Shown piece by piece: positions 1-9,975 of a DNA stretch of 64,000 bases; the first letter of the stretch is position 1, and every line of letters begins with the position of its first letter. The notes under the pieces were generated by a model. It ran no database searches. It worked only from the letters and a program-made list of their open reading frames with translations, and had not been told where the DNA came from. The position numbers and the translations under genes were made by a program. The stretch lies in the NCBI RefSeq assembly GCF_050920415.1, contig NZ_CP169309.1. The stretch is one strand, 5' to 3'. Source of the stretch: Escherichia coli. GTDB taxonomy: Bacteria; Pseudomonadota; Gammaproteobacteria; Enterobacterales; Enterobacteriaceae.

Positions 1-1424
1 AGCCATACAGTGATCAGCAGTTAACTGCTGGTGTCAGTGCAGCACTTGGTTTATCAACAATTCCAACCAACACCAAACGCTATACCGGTAATGCAGCATT
101 CGATGCGGCATCTCCTGAGGCGCAGGCAAGTTTTATGCGACAGGCGGATCAACTGCGTCGGCAGCAGCAGGCTGAATATAAAACGATGATTGACAGCCAG
201 GTTCGCGATGCGACAGCTGCGTATATGCGTGGCGTTGAATTTCCTAACCCACCTGGTGAGGCTGATTTTATTGCAGCTTATGGAGTCAGAGAAGGAAAAC
301 TGCGATATACCGAGTTCAGAAATACGCAAATCGCCGGACAGTATATAGGCTCTTTCCGCAACATGCCGACAAGCAGCATTACAGCATATGTTGAGCAATT
401 ACGCCCGGATACTGGTGAGACAGGGGAGGGTTATGCGGCACGAGCCGCTCTTTATGACAACGTTGTGTCGGCTGCAAGTCAGGTGATAAAGCAGCGACAG
501 GCTGATCCTGTACAGTTCTCTCTTGCCGCCGGACAGGCAAAGCCTATCGACATGAGCAATAAGGATAACTTTGGACAGAGCGTTGCCTTGCGTGCTGCTC
601 AGGTCAGTGACCTTGCTAAGTCATATGGCACTCCACTGACGTTCTTTTCCAAAGACGAGGCCAATCAGATCGGTGTTTTCTTTCGTGATGCGCCCGTTTC
701 CCAACAGGCAGCATATCTCGATACCATCAGGCAGAGCACTGGTGGTGGGCAGGTGTATATGTCAGCACTACAGCAGATCAGTGCCAACGCTCCATCTGCT
801 GCCGTTGCCGGGATACTGATGGATAAGCCAGGTGGTATTTTGGCAGAAAAAAACTGGTTTAATCCGGATGTTTCCGTGTCTCCTGAAACCGCTGCGCAGA
901 CAATTCTTGCTGGCGCGGCGGCTCGTAAAGGTACTGATGACGCGAAAGGTATTCCGATGCCTAAAGATGCTGATCTCCGCCTTGAGTTTTCTGACATGGT
1001 GAAGGATGCATTTGCTGGTGATGCTCAGGGGGCATCAATGGCATACGAGATCGCAAAGGACTATTACGCTGGTGTGATGGCGAAAAAAGGCGTGGTATCA
1101 GGCGAAATTGACAATGATATCTGGAAACAGGCTGTTAACGTAGCTACAGGTGGCGTGCATGACTATAACGGAATGGGGAATGTTCTTTTGCCGTGGGGAA
1201 TGTCTGCAGAGCAATTCGATAAGCAGGTTAATCAGGCTTGGAATGAACAAGTTGTTGGCACAGGGATAAAAACACCGCCTGGTCAGTATGGTTTGCAAAG
1301 TTACGGCGATAGTCAGTACCTGGTGAAACTTGGTACTGGTTATCTGCTAAAAGATGATGGTTCTCCCGTTGTTCTTGATCTGACACAGAAGCGTCAGAGA
1401 TTCTCCGGAGATATTCCGCAATGA
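1..1424 (+). CDS. Phage virion internal/ejection-type protein, 5' end outside window
   Basis: Frame 3 is open from base 3 to the stop at 1422-1424 (ORF track starts at the first in-window ATG, 135). Acidic Ala/Gly/Gln-rich product directly upstream of two more large same-strand ORFs and a tailspike; ATGA overlap with the next ORF. Function inferred from position only. Confidence 0.5.
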   Translation, partial: PYSDQQLTAGVSAALGLSTIPTNTKRYTGNAAFDAASPEAQASFMRQADQLRRQQQAEYKTMIDSQVRDATAAYMRGVEFPNPPGEADFIAAYGVREGKLRYTEFRNTQIAGQYIGSFRNMPTSSITAYVEQLRPDTGETGEGYAARAALYDNVVSAASQVIKQRQADPVQFSLAAGQAKPIDMSNKDNFGQSVALRAAQVSDLAKSYGTPLTFFSKDEANQIGVFFRDAPVSQQAAYLDTIRQSTGGGQVYMSALQQISANAPSAAVAGILMDKPGGILAEKNWFNPDVSVSPETAAQTILAGAAARKGTDDAKGIPMPKDADLRLEFSDMVKDAFAGDAQGASMAYEIAKDYYAGVMAKKGVVSGEIDNDIWKQAVNVATGGVHDYNGMGNVLLPWGMSAEQFDKQVNQAWNEQVVGTGIKTPPGQYGLQSYGDSQYLVKLGTGYLLKDDGSPVVLDLTQKRQRFSGDIPQ

Positions 1425-3223
1425 GTTACTTTGGCCTTAATCCAGTAAACCAGAATCAGCAGCTTGACGAAGCAGCATCAAATCCAGCTGGCTTTAACAG
1501 CGATGTTGGTTTTTTCGACAATGCTGTAGGAGCGGCATTGTCTGGTTTGTACTCCGGGCTGGTGGCAAAGCCAGATCAGTTGCTCTGGGCAGGGATGGAT
1601 AAAATCGTATCCCCGATTGCTCAGTTTGTTAACGAAAACACCTCGCTCAATGACACTTCAGTTTCATACATTGCCGAGCAGAGAAAACTAGCAGAGCAGC
1701 AGGTTAAGCGGCTGACGCCTGATGCCGCGACAACCGGAACCGCCGGGCAGGTTCTTTATGGGTTGTTCGATATGGGCGGGCAGGCTGTTATCGGTACAAC
1801 GCTCGGTGGTCCGGCCGGAGGTGCTGCGGCGGTAACTTCGCTACAGGGTTTTTCTGAGTTTGAACGGCTGACAGCACAGGGTGTTGATTTCAGGACGGCG
1901 CAGGAAGCGGGATTAGTGCAGGGTATTACTGCTGGTGCCGGAACAATGATCCCTATGAGCCTCGGGTTACGTGCTGGTGGTGCGCTGGCGGAAGGTGTGG
2001 CGGCTCAGCTTGCGCGGACGGGTGAAAGTTCAGTGCGACGCGCCGCAGCAACAGCAGTAAGTGCAACGCCAGATATTGCCTATGCCGCAGGTACAAATAT
2101 TGCGTTCGGTATGGCACAGCGTGGGCTTACTGCAAAAACGCTTCGTGATGGTGGCTATAGCGAAATGGCTAACCAGTATGATGTGTTGGATCGACAGGCA
2201 ATTGCTATTGATGCTGTTCTTGGGGTGGCGTTTGGTGGTGTCGGCAGATTTATTAACTCTCGCGGCGAGTCTACAAGCGCACCAAATTTTTCACCAGTTG
2301 ATATTGATGCTGCACTGGCGGCGAATGCCGCTCATCATGCTGAAATTGATATTGCGCCCGGCGTGCCGATCAACGTGCTTTCGCGCAATTCTCACATTCA
2401 GGCTCTGCGAAAAGCTATGTCTGATGTTAGCCAGGGGAGACCTGTAGACGTTGCCAGCATTGTTGAGTCTGCATCTTTCAGTGAAATTCCTGGGCGCAAG
2501 AGTCTGCTGTCTCAGGCAGTTAATGAGGCTCTGTCATCTGTAGATGATGGAGTAACGGCGCGCGCTATAGAAAATCGGTTGCTTGAAGAACAGGCCGCGC
2601 AGCTTTTGCCGCGTGGAGATAGACAGGTTTACCAGTCTGAAATCGCTAATAGCCAACGAATTATTGAAAATCTCACTGAACAGCGTGCACAAATTCTTGC
2701 AGAAGAGCCAACCGGTAGCGGTAAAGCTTTGTCTCGTGCTCGATCAGATAAACAGGCCAGACTTCGTGATATTGATCAACGAATCCGGCAGGCACAAGAA
2801 CGCCTGGAATTTTCCCGTAACGCGTTGGCACCGCACGAGCCTGGAGGTCAGTTTTTTGAAGCTCGAGCAGAACTGGCACGGCGACAGCAGGCAGAAAGTG
2901 AACTTAATGCTCAGGCTGTTTCATTCTATAAAACAGCAGAGGTCAGGACGCCAGACGAAGTAGCTCCTTTTGAGCCCGGTAAGATATTGCAACAGACAGA
3001 ACAAAAAATGATGGCAGATCCGGCAGGAGATATTGATCTGCGTATAGCTGAAGACTCGCTGCTTGAATCACCTGACATGATAATCACCGTGCTGGATGAT
3101 GATGGTAATCCACAATCGCGCAGTGCGCGTGAAGTACTGGATGAAGCTAACAGGGAAAGTGAGCAGGCAATACAGGATTCCAGCCTGTTTGATGTTGCTG
3201 TGGCGTGTTTCTTGAGAGGTTAA
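1421..3223 (+). CDS. Phage virion internal/ejection-type protein (600 aa)
   Basis: 600-aa ORF translationally coupled to the upstream ORF (ATGA overlap); Gly/Ala-rich segments and a coiled-coil-like Q/R/E-rich region. No catalytic motif recognised by eye. Confidence 0.5.
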   Translation: MSYFGLNPVNQNQQLDEAASNPAGFNSDVGFFDNAVGAALSGLYSGLVAKPDQLLWAGMDKIVSPIAQFVNENTSLNDTSVSYIAEQRKLAEQQVKRLTPDAATTGTAGQVLYGLFDMGGQAVIGTTLGGPAGGAAAVTSLQGFSEFERLTAQGVDFRTAQEAGLVQGITAGAGTMIPMSLGLRAGGALAEGVAAQLARTGESSVRRAAATAVSATPDIAYAAGTNIAFGMAQRGLTAKTLRDGGYSEMANQYDVLDRQAIAIDAVLGVAFGGVGRFINSRGESTSAPNFSPVDIDAALAANAAHHAEIDIAPGVPINVLSRNSHIQALRKAMSDVSQGRPVDVASIVESASFSEIPGRKSLLSQAVNEALSSVDDGVTARAIENRLLEEQAAQLLPRGDRQVYQSEIANSQRIIENLTEQRAQILAEEPTGSGKALSRARSDKQARLRDIDQRIRQAQERLEFSRNALAPHEPGGQFFEARAELARRQQAESELNAQAVSFYKTAEVRTPDEVAPFEPGKILQQTEQKMMADPAGDIDLRIAEDSLLESPDMIITVLDDDGNPQSRSAREVLDEANRESEQAIQDSSLFDVAVACFLRG

Positions 3224-3786
3224 ATTAAATGAGACAGGAATGTATACAAGCGGTCCAGCAGGCGGCGCAGCGCACGTTAACGGCGCGAGAAATACAGAAC
3301 ATTGAAGACCGCATTTATCGCAATATGCGCTCCATTGCTCGTGATGACCCTATGTCGTGGCGACAACTTTCCGAGTCAGAGCGGCTGTATCGTGCAGCAC
3401 AATTGGCATCTGAAGAATTACAGCGAGAAGCGGCATTAAAGAAACGTCGTGTGGCTCTCACTATAGCTGCACGTCAGAGATTGGATAAATTTATCAATAG
3501 CTATCAAGGGGCTGATGGGAAACTTGGCGCTCTTAACCGTACTATAGCTTTTAATGCAGACGGTAAATCTAATTTCCTCTCTGTTGAATCCAGAACAAAA
3601 GCCACCCGTGATTATGCATTGAGTCAATTGCAGGAGGCATTCGAAGCAGTTGATCCTCGCTTTTTTGGTCTGTTTGAAGATGAAGCGGGCGTACGTAGAC
3701 TGGCCCCCTGAATCTCCAGACAACCAGTATCACTTAAATAAGTGATAGTCTTAATACTAGTTTTTAGACTAGTCATTGGAGAACAG

Positions 3787-4152
3787 ATGATTGATGTCTT
3801 AGGGCCGGAGAAACGCAGACGGCGTACCACACAGGAAAAGATCGCAATTGTTCAGCAGAGCTTTGAACCGGGGATGACGGTCTCCCTCGTTGCCCGGCAA
3901 CATGGTGTAGCAGCCAGCCAGTTATTTCTCTGGCGTAAGCAATACCAGGAAGGAAGTCTTACTGCTGTCGCCGCCGGAGAACAGGTTGTTCCTGCCTCTG
4001 AACTTGCTGCCGCCATGAAGCAGATTAAAGAACTCCAGCGCCTGCTCGGCAAGAAAACGATGGAAAATGAACTCCTCAAAGAAGCCGTTGAATATGGACG
4101 GGCAAAAAAGTGGATAGCGCACGCGCCCTTATTGCCCGGGGATGGGGAGTAA
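3787..4152 (+). CDS. insC: IS2 transposase OrfA (InsC)
   Basis: Translation [41 protein letters not shown]... recognised as IS2 InsC; ORF track starts 15 codons upstream at an ATG within the left inverted repeat. Confidence 0.9.
4104..4110 (+). other. A6G slippery heptamer, putative -1 programmed frameshift site joining insC and insD
   Basis: AAAAAAG at the 3' end of insC inside the insC/insD overlap; IS3-family elements produce the OrfAB transposase by -1 frameshifting at such sites. Confidence 0.55.
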
Positions 4153-5015
4153 GCTTAGTCAGCCGTTGTCTCCGGGTGTCGCGTGCGCAGTTGCACGTCA
4201 TTCTCAGACGAACCGATGACTGGATGGATGGCCGCCGCAGTCGTCACACTGATGATACGGATGTGCTTCTCCGTATACACCATGTTATCGGAGAGCTGCC
4301 CACGTATGGTTATCGTCGGGTATGGGCGCTGCTTCGCAGACAGGCAGAACTTGATGGTATGCCTGCGATCAATGCCAAACGTGTTTACCGGATCATGCGC
4401 CAGAATGCGCTGTTGCTTGAGCGAAAACCTGCTGTACCGCCATCGAAACGGGCACATACAGGCAGAGTGGCCGTGAAAGAAAGCAATCAGCGATGGTGCT
4501 CTGACGGGTTCGAGTTCTGCTGTGATAACGGAGAGAGACTGCGTGTCACGTTCGCGCTGGACTGCTGTGATCGTGAGGCACTGCACTGGGCGGTGACTAC
4601 TGGCGGCTTCAACAGTGAAACAGTACAGGACGTCATGCTGGGAGCGGTGGAACGCCGCTTCGGCAACGATCTTCCGTCGTCTCCAGTGGAGTGGCTGACG
4701 GATAATGGTTCATGCTACCGGGCTAATGAAACACGCCAGTTCGCCCGGATGTTGGGACTTGAACCGAAGAACACGGCGGTGCGGAGTCCGGAGAGTAACG
4801 GAATAGCAGAGAGCTTCGTGAAAACGATAAAGCGTGACTACATCAGTATCATGCCCAAACCAGACGGGTTAACGGCAGCAAAGAACCTTGCAGAGGCGTT
4901 CGAGCATTATAACGAATGGCATCCGCATAGTGCGCTGGGTTATCGCTCGCCACGGGAATATCTGCGGCAGCGGGCTTGTAATGGGTTAAGTGATAACAGA
5001 TGTCTGGAAATATAG
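4110..5015 (+). CDS. insD: IS2 transposase OrfB (InsD), DDE integrase-like
   Basis: 301-aa ORF overlapping insC in the -1 frame; sequence ...[50 protein letters not shown]... recognised as IS2 InsD. Confidence 0.9.
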
Positions 5016-7048
5016 GGGCAAATCCAGTACGTGACCTGGTATATGAAATGCGGGGGCAAAATACTGGCAATGCTAAAGCAAGAAAAGGTGCTAAGGCGTG
5101 GAGAGAAGTTACAGAGCTGCTGCGCCGCCGGTTTAATGATGCTGGTGGGGACATTGGCTATCTCGAAAACTGGGGGATCCCTCAACATCATTCTATGGAA
5201 AAGGTTGGGGCGGTATCAAAGGATAAGTGGGTTAGCGATGTTATAGGTAAGCTGGATCGCAAATATTATATCCGAGCCGATGGACAACTGATGAACGATG
5301 CCGAGTTGTCTGCATTTCTTGGAGAGGCTTATAACACGATCGCTACTGGTGGGCTGAATAAGCTTACTGATACCGGAATGCGAATTTCCGGCGCACGTGC
5401 TAACCGTGGTAATGCATCACGACAGATACATTTCAAAGATGCAGATTCCTATCTGCAATATCAGCAACTTTATGGCGATCGCTCTCTATGGGAAATCATG
5501 GTCGGTCACCTGGAAGGTATCAGTAAAGATATTGCACTGGTGGAAACATATGGCCCAAACCCCGATCATGTTTTCCGCTCTCTTCTTGATCAGGTGAAGG
5601 CAGAAACGGCAACAGCTAACCCGAGTAAAACCGGTAAAGTCGAGCGGCTGGCGAACAACACAGAGAATCTGTACAACTTTATTTCCGGAAAGACACAGCC
5701 TGTAGCAAATCCGCACATCGCGCGATGGTCTGACAATATCCGCAACTGGCTGGTTGCCAGCAGACTCGGATCCGCGTTGCTGTCATCGTTCTCTGATCTT
5801 GGAACCATGTATCTGTCTGCGAAGGTGACCAACCTTCCAATGAACCAGTTATTCCGCAACCAGCTTGAAGCTATGGACCCAACGAACCGTACTGAGCTTG
5901 CGCGGGCGCGCCGCGCTGGTCTGGCGATGGAATCTCTACTTGGCAGCGTTAACCGCTGGGCGATGGATAATATGGGGCCGTCAGTGTCTCGTTGGGCTGC
6001 AACGGCGGTAATGCGTGCCAGTGGGCTTACAGCATGGTCAGATGCGCACAAGCGCGCCTATGGCGTAACCATGATGGGAAGCCTGGGAGAAGTAGTGTCA
6101 CGGACACCAGACCTTCGTAGCCTCGATGACTCTGATTTTCGTATCCTGAAAAGCAAAGGGATTACTGACACAGACTGGAGCGTATGGAAGCTGGCGCAAC
6201 AGGAGGACTGGGGGAACGGTAATAATACGATGCTGACACCGGAAAGCATTATGCGTATCCCTGATTCAGCAGTTAAACATCTTGGTGAGCCTGAACGCGT
6301 GAAATTTGAGGCAATGCGTAAACTGCTCGGTGCCGTAACTGAAGAAGTTGATATGGCTGTTATTACACCGGGAGCACGTGAGCAACTGATAACCGGTTCT
6401 GGTATTCAGCGTGGAACATGGAAAGGTGAATTAACGAGAAGTGTTTTCCTGTTTAAATCGTTCCCTATCTCGGTGGTTATGCGTCACTGGTCACGCGCTA
6501 TGGGTATGCCGTCTGCTGGTGGGCGTGCGGCATATATTGCGACGTTTATTGCCAGCACGACCATTCTTGGCGCTTTGTCTCAGCAACTTAACGACCTTGC
6601 GTCTGGTCGTAATCATCGCGAGATGACAGGAGAAGATGCTGCTAAATTTTGGCTTGGTGCTCTACTGAAAGGTGGTGGTCTTGGCCTTTACGGTGACTTT
6701 TTATTGTCAGATCACACTAGGTACGGAAGCGGCGCGCTGGCGTCGATGCTTGGCCCGGTAGCTGGTCTGGTTGATGACGTAGTGAAGATTGCTCAGGGCA
6801 TACCGTTAAATGCTGTGGAAGGGAAGAATGAGCAGACTGGTGGTGATCTGGTTAAGCTGGGGAAGGGGCTGATGCCAGGTGCGAATCTCTGGTACTTGAA
6901 GGCGGCTCTCGATCACATGATCTTTAACCAGATGCAGGAGTATTTTTCACCAGGCTATTTGCGTAAAATGGAGCAACGTTCGAAGAAAGAGTTTAACCAG
7001 ACATACTGGTGGCGACCACAGGATGTCACTCCGCAATAAGGATGAGAA

Positions 7049-7189
7049 ATGATTGCTTTTATTCTTGTTGTGTTTGCGCTTGTTGCACTTGGCGTTATGA
7101 ACCGTAAATGTATCATTGACGATGGCGAATTTGCTGTTGCAGTTATTTTGATATTATCTGGTGTAGCAGGATACATAGGCTTGTCATAA
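7049..7189 (+). CDS. Hypothetical small hydrophobic peptide (46 aa, two predicted hydrophobic segments)
   Basis: ATG at 7049 preceded by AAGGATGAG 4-10 nt upstream; translation MIAFILVVFALVALGVMNRKCIIDDGEFAVAVILILSGVAGYIGLS; stop TAA 7187-7189; followed by palindromes and a terminator. Too short for the ORF track. Confidence 0.35.
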   Translation: MIAFILVVFALVALGVMNRKCIIDDGEFAVAVILILSGVAGYIGLS

Positions 7190-7209
7190 CGTGAGTGTGA
7201 CATGTCACA

Positions 7210-7233
7210 GGCCGCTTTCGCGGCCTTTTCTTT
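7210..7233 (+). terminator. Rho-independent terminator (GGCCGC-TTTC-GCGGCC followed by TTTTCTTT)
   Basis: 6-bp GC stem with 4-nt loop followed by a T-run on the + strand; preceded by the perfect palindrome TGTGACATGTCACA (7196-7209). Overlaps the stop codon of the convergent minus-strand ORF. Confidence 0.5.
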
Positions 7234-7489
7234 ATGTGGTTTGTTTTCGTAGTTGTTCGGCACAATAGTCGAGATGTGTTTGCAGATCCTGCATAGACAT
7301 CTGTGAGCTGGTGACGTAGTTAATCAGTGCAGTCAGTTCGGCAAGTGGGCCATCGACATTAAATCCATCCTTATCGAGATCCCGGAGTAATTTCATCAAG
7401 TGCGATCCTTCCACCAGTGACCTGACGCCTCCCGGCGTGTGAATCCTTTCGGTAAATCCCTCTTCCAGTGGATAGTGATACTGCTGCAT
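7232..7489 (-). CDS. Hypothetical small acidic protein (85 aa from the ATG at 7489) behind a LexA box
   Basis: ORF track gives 7232..7507 from a TTG; a better start is the ATG at 7489 (MQQYHYPLEEGF...) with GGAGAAG 7 nt upstream. A strong LexA box lies about 20 nt upstream. No family recognised by eye. Confidence 0.5.
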   Translation of the reverse strand: MQQYHYPLEEGFTERIHTPGGVRSLVEGSHLMKLLRDLDKDGFNVDGPLAELTALINYVTSSQMSMQDLQTHLDYCAEQLRKQTT

Positions 7490-7508
7490 CTTATCTTCTC
7501 CATGCAAT

Positions 7509-7528
7509 AACTGTATGTTTATACAGTA
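7509..7528. promoter_or_regulatory. LexA (SOS) box AACTGTATGTTTATACAGTA
   Basis: CTGT-N8-ACAG with an AT-rich spacer, 17/20 match to the E. coli consensus TACTGTATATATATACAGTA; sits in the divergent region between the small minus-strand ORF and the tailspike gene. Confidence 0.6.
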
Positions 7529-7684
7529 TCAAATAATTTGTTTGCTATCCAGCACGTTTTGCGAATCACCTGAAAGGTAATATCTGCTCACATTAACACT
7601 CTTTCCATCCATATATGGTTTTTCAGGTAATAGAATAACCAGATATGCGGCGCAACGGGTGCTGCGACTATCTGGAGATTTAAC

Positions 7685-9940
7685 ATGACGGTCTCAACCG
7701 AAGTTGACCACAACGAATACACAGGCAATGGCGTTACGACTTCATTCCCTTATACCTTTAGGGTTTTCAAGGAATCTGATCTGGTAGTGCAGGTGGTTGA
7801 CCTTGACGAAAATATCGCTGTGCTGGCTCTGGATACTGATTACACTGTCACTGGGGCTGGTGGATATAACGGCGGTAATGTAATTCTGTCGAAGGCGTTA
7901 GCTAACGGTTACCAGATTTCTATATCACGAGAGCTCCCGGTTACGCAGGAAACTGATTTGCGTAATCAGGGGAAGTTCTTTGCAGAAGTGCATGAGGATG
8001 CTTTTGATAAGCTAACGATGCTGATCCAGCAGGTTCGAAGTTGGTTTAGCTTGGCGCTGCGCAAGCCGTCATTCGTGGCAAATTATTATAACGCGCTGAA
8101 CAACTATATTCGAAACCTGAAAGACCCGGTAAACCCGCAGGATGCATCCACAAAGAATTATGTGGACAGTACGGTTTTATCGAATATCGACCATACAATC
8201 CGTGTTCCTGATTCTTATATCGATCCGCTGCCACCTCTCGCTCAACTTGAAGGAAGCATAATCGGCATCGCCAACGGTAAGCCCGTTCCGTTCCCTGTGC
8301 CTTCAGGAACGGCGGCTGACGTATTCAACCAGTTGGCCAGCAGCGCTGACGGGAAAGGTGATGCGCTGATAACAGTGAAGCAGCCTTACCAGGGGGCAAT
8401 TTCTCTTTCGCAGCATATAAAAAATGCACAAGCCATTAGTGTTGTTGATTTTGGAGCGACAATTGATGGAACGCTTCACCCTTTAAGCGAGATATTTTCA
8501 ACACTATCAGCTGCTCAGATGGTATATCCATTTGTTTCATCTCTATCTCAATCTGTTGATTATGCTGCGCTTCAGTCCGCATGTAACACGGGAAAAACAG
8601 TGCTTATTCCAAAGGGAACTGGTTACTATAATTCAACTATTTTTCTGAAAAACTCCGTTAGGATTGTTGGAGAGGGAACTGATACAATAAATAGAGCGCA
8701 ATCATTTATGTCTATTGTTGGTAATATTTCAGCCTTTGCTTTAGATCAAGGTGATTCCCTATCGACAAAAATGATTCAGATTTTTATTGATGGTCTTTAT
8801 ATTTTCTATGATCCAGGAACCACACCAACGAATCCTGAAAATGATGGTGGGAAAATTGCATTTAATTTCTACTCGACAATTCCAAATTCAACAAGCTTGG
8901 AAATGTCTGAAATTAAAAACTGTACAGTTCATGGTGCATGGTCATGCTTTAATGATCAGACTGGCACATACTTGACAAAACTTACGAATGTGTGGGCCAG
9001 AAACTGCCATAATGGTTTTACAAAAGGAACTGGCACTACCATTCTGATGGAAAGATGTTATACATCTGGATGTATATCACCATATCAGTTTGGTTCTGTC
9101 TTTGCAGCTACAATGATTAACTGTGCCATGGATGGATCAAATATTTCGTTAAACGCAGGTTCGCTTGGTGGGGCTGGCGTTCATGTTCTTAACACACATA
9201 GTTTTAACATTATTGGTTTTGATGCGGAGGGTAACACCATCTCTACAGATGGTTATGGAGAGGCAGCACTATTCCATTTCGAAAATAGTAGTGGTGGCAT
9301 TTCTGGCCTGACTGCACATCAGAACAGCATGCGAAGTGTTGCGCCAAGTGATGCTGGTGTAGTTTCCTACATCAGGGCGTCAGGTAGCAGCGATGTTAAA
9401 ATTGAGTCATCAGAAGATGATTTATCTGACACCAACACAGTTGCATATACTGGGTCTGGGTATCCCATCATGCTACATGCAACTGACACAGCTAAAATAA
9501 GCGTCTTTAATAGCAGATTCAGGGCGACTACCACTGGTACCCCTGTCTTAAGTACGCTAAGTACTGGTGATGTATCATGGTATGACTGCCCTAAAAAAAC
9601 AGGACTTATCGTAGATGGTTATTCACAAATAACATCTAAGGAAGGATTGCAAACATCATGCTTCTATACCAGTAAAGGCTCTACTGCTGTTGCTGAAAAT
9701 ACTCCGACAACACTTTTCTCTCTACCAGATTCGCAAGGTACTTACATTATTAGCGTATGGGTGGCTGGAAGCGGAGAAAATTACGCATCTACACAACTGG
9801 CAATGTATGATGGAGATAAGCTAATTCTTGTTGCGTTAAAAATAGCAGCATTTCTTAGTTTTTCAGCAACAGGGAGAATTGTAACCATTACAAGCCAGGT
9901 GGCAGGCACTTTAAACTGGACTTACACTAAAATAGGTTGA
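7685..9940 (+). CDS. Phage tailspike / tail fibre (751 aa), probable O-polysaccharide-specific receptor-binding protein
   Basis: N-terminus MTVSTEVDHNEYTGNGVTTSFPYTFRVF... has the Y-x-G-x-G...F...F signature of podovirus tail-fibre/tailspike particle-binding domains; from memory it resembles epsilon15/phiV10-type tailspikes (unverified). The C-terminal two thirds are visibly AT-rich and Ser/Thr/Asn/Gly-rich, consistent with a beta-helical receptor-binding domain. Confidence 0.75.
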   Translation: MTVSTEVDHNEYTGNGVTTSFPYTFRVFKESDLVVQVVDLDENIAVLALDTDYTVTGAGGYNGGNVILSKALANGYQISISRELPVTQETDLRNQGKFFAEVHEDAFDKLTMLIQQVRSWFSLALRKPSFVANYYNALNNYIRNLKDPVNPQDASTKNYVDSTVLSNIDHTIRVPDSYIDPLPPLAQLEGSIIGIANGKPVPFPVPSGTAADVFNQLASSADGKGDALITVKQPYQGAISLSQHIKNAQAISVVDFGATIDGTLHPLSEIFSTLSAAQMVYPFVSSLSQSVDYAALQSACNTGKTVLIPKGTGYYNSTIFLKNSVRIVGEGTDTINRAQSFMSIVGNISAFALDQGDSLSTKMIQIFIDGLYIFYDPGTTPTNPENDGGKIAFNFYSTIPNSTSLEMSEIKNCTVHGAWSCFNDQTGTYLTKLTNVWARNCHNGFTKGTGTTILMERCYTSGCISPYQFGSVFAATMINCAMDGSNISLNAGSLGGAGVHVLNTHSFNIIGFDAEGNTISTDGYGEAALFHFENSSGGISGLTAHQNSMRSVAPSDAGVVSYIRASGSSDVKIESSEDDLSDTNTVAYTGSGYPIMLHATDTAKISVFNSRFRATTTGTPVLSTLSTGDVSWYDCPKKTGLIVDGYSQITSKEGLQTSCFYTSKGSTAVAENTPTTLFSLPDSQGTYIISVWVAGSGENYASTQLAMYDGDKLILVALKIAAFLSFSATGRIVTITSQVAGTLNWTYTKIG

Positions 9941-9975
9941 TGTTATGCGTGGGGAGCAATGCTCCCCATCATCAA

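Larger units (their letters stand above)
3696..5026 (+). mobile_element. IS2: Insertion sequence IS2, complete (1331 bp)
   Basis: Left end TAGACTGGCCCCCTGAATCTCCAGACAACC, right end ...GGAAATATAGGGGCAAATCCA (imperfect inverted repeat); encodes InsC and InsD; 5-bp direct repeats GTACG at 3691-3695 and 5027-5031; length 1331 bp as expected for IS2. Confidence 0.92.
3229..7039 (+). pseudogene. Large phage virion protein gene (about 824 codons) interrupted by IS2; fragments 3229..3695 and 5032..7039
   Basis: Reading frame ...EDEAGVR is broken at 3695 by IS2 and resumes in the same frame after the element (VRDLVYEMRGQ...). Removing IS2 plus one copy of the GTACG duplication restores a single continuous ORF. 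Confidence 0.75.

Noticed and set aside
7042-7107. Alternative 21-codon ORF starting at ATG 7042 (MRNDCFYSCC...)
   Set aside because: Overlaps the better-supported 46-codon ORF at 7049 in another frame; Cys-rich nonsense-like product; the RBS spacing favours 7049.
7232-7489. Idea that the 85-aa ORF is a P22 Mnt-like ribbon-helix-helix repressor
   Set aside because: The position resembles P22 mnt, but the N-terminus lacks the basic beta-strand/helix pattern of RHH proteins and there is no adjacent ant gene; the similarity to Mnt is limited to a coincidental C-terminal ...KQTT.
9951-9967. GGGGAGC-AAT-GCTCCCC hairpin between the convergent tailspike and acyltransferase genes
   Set aside because: Good 7-bp stem but no U-tract on either strand, so not called as an intrinsic terminator; may still affect RNA stability.
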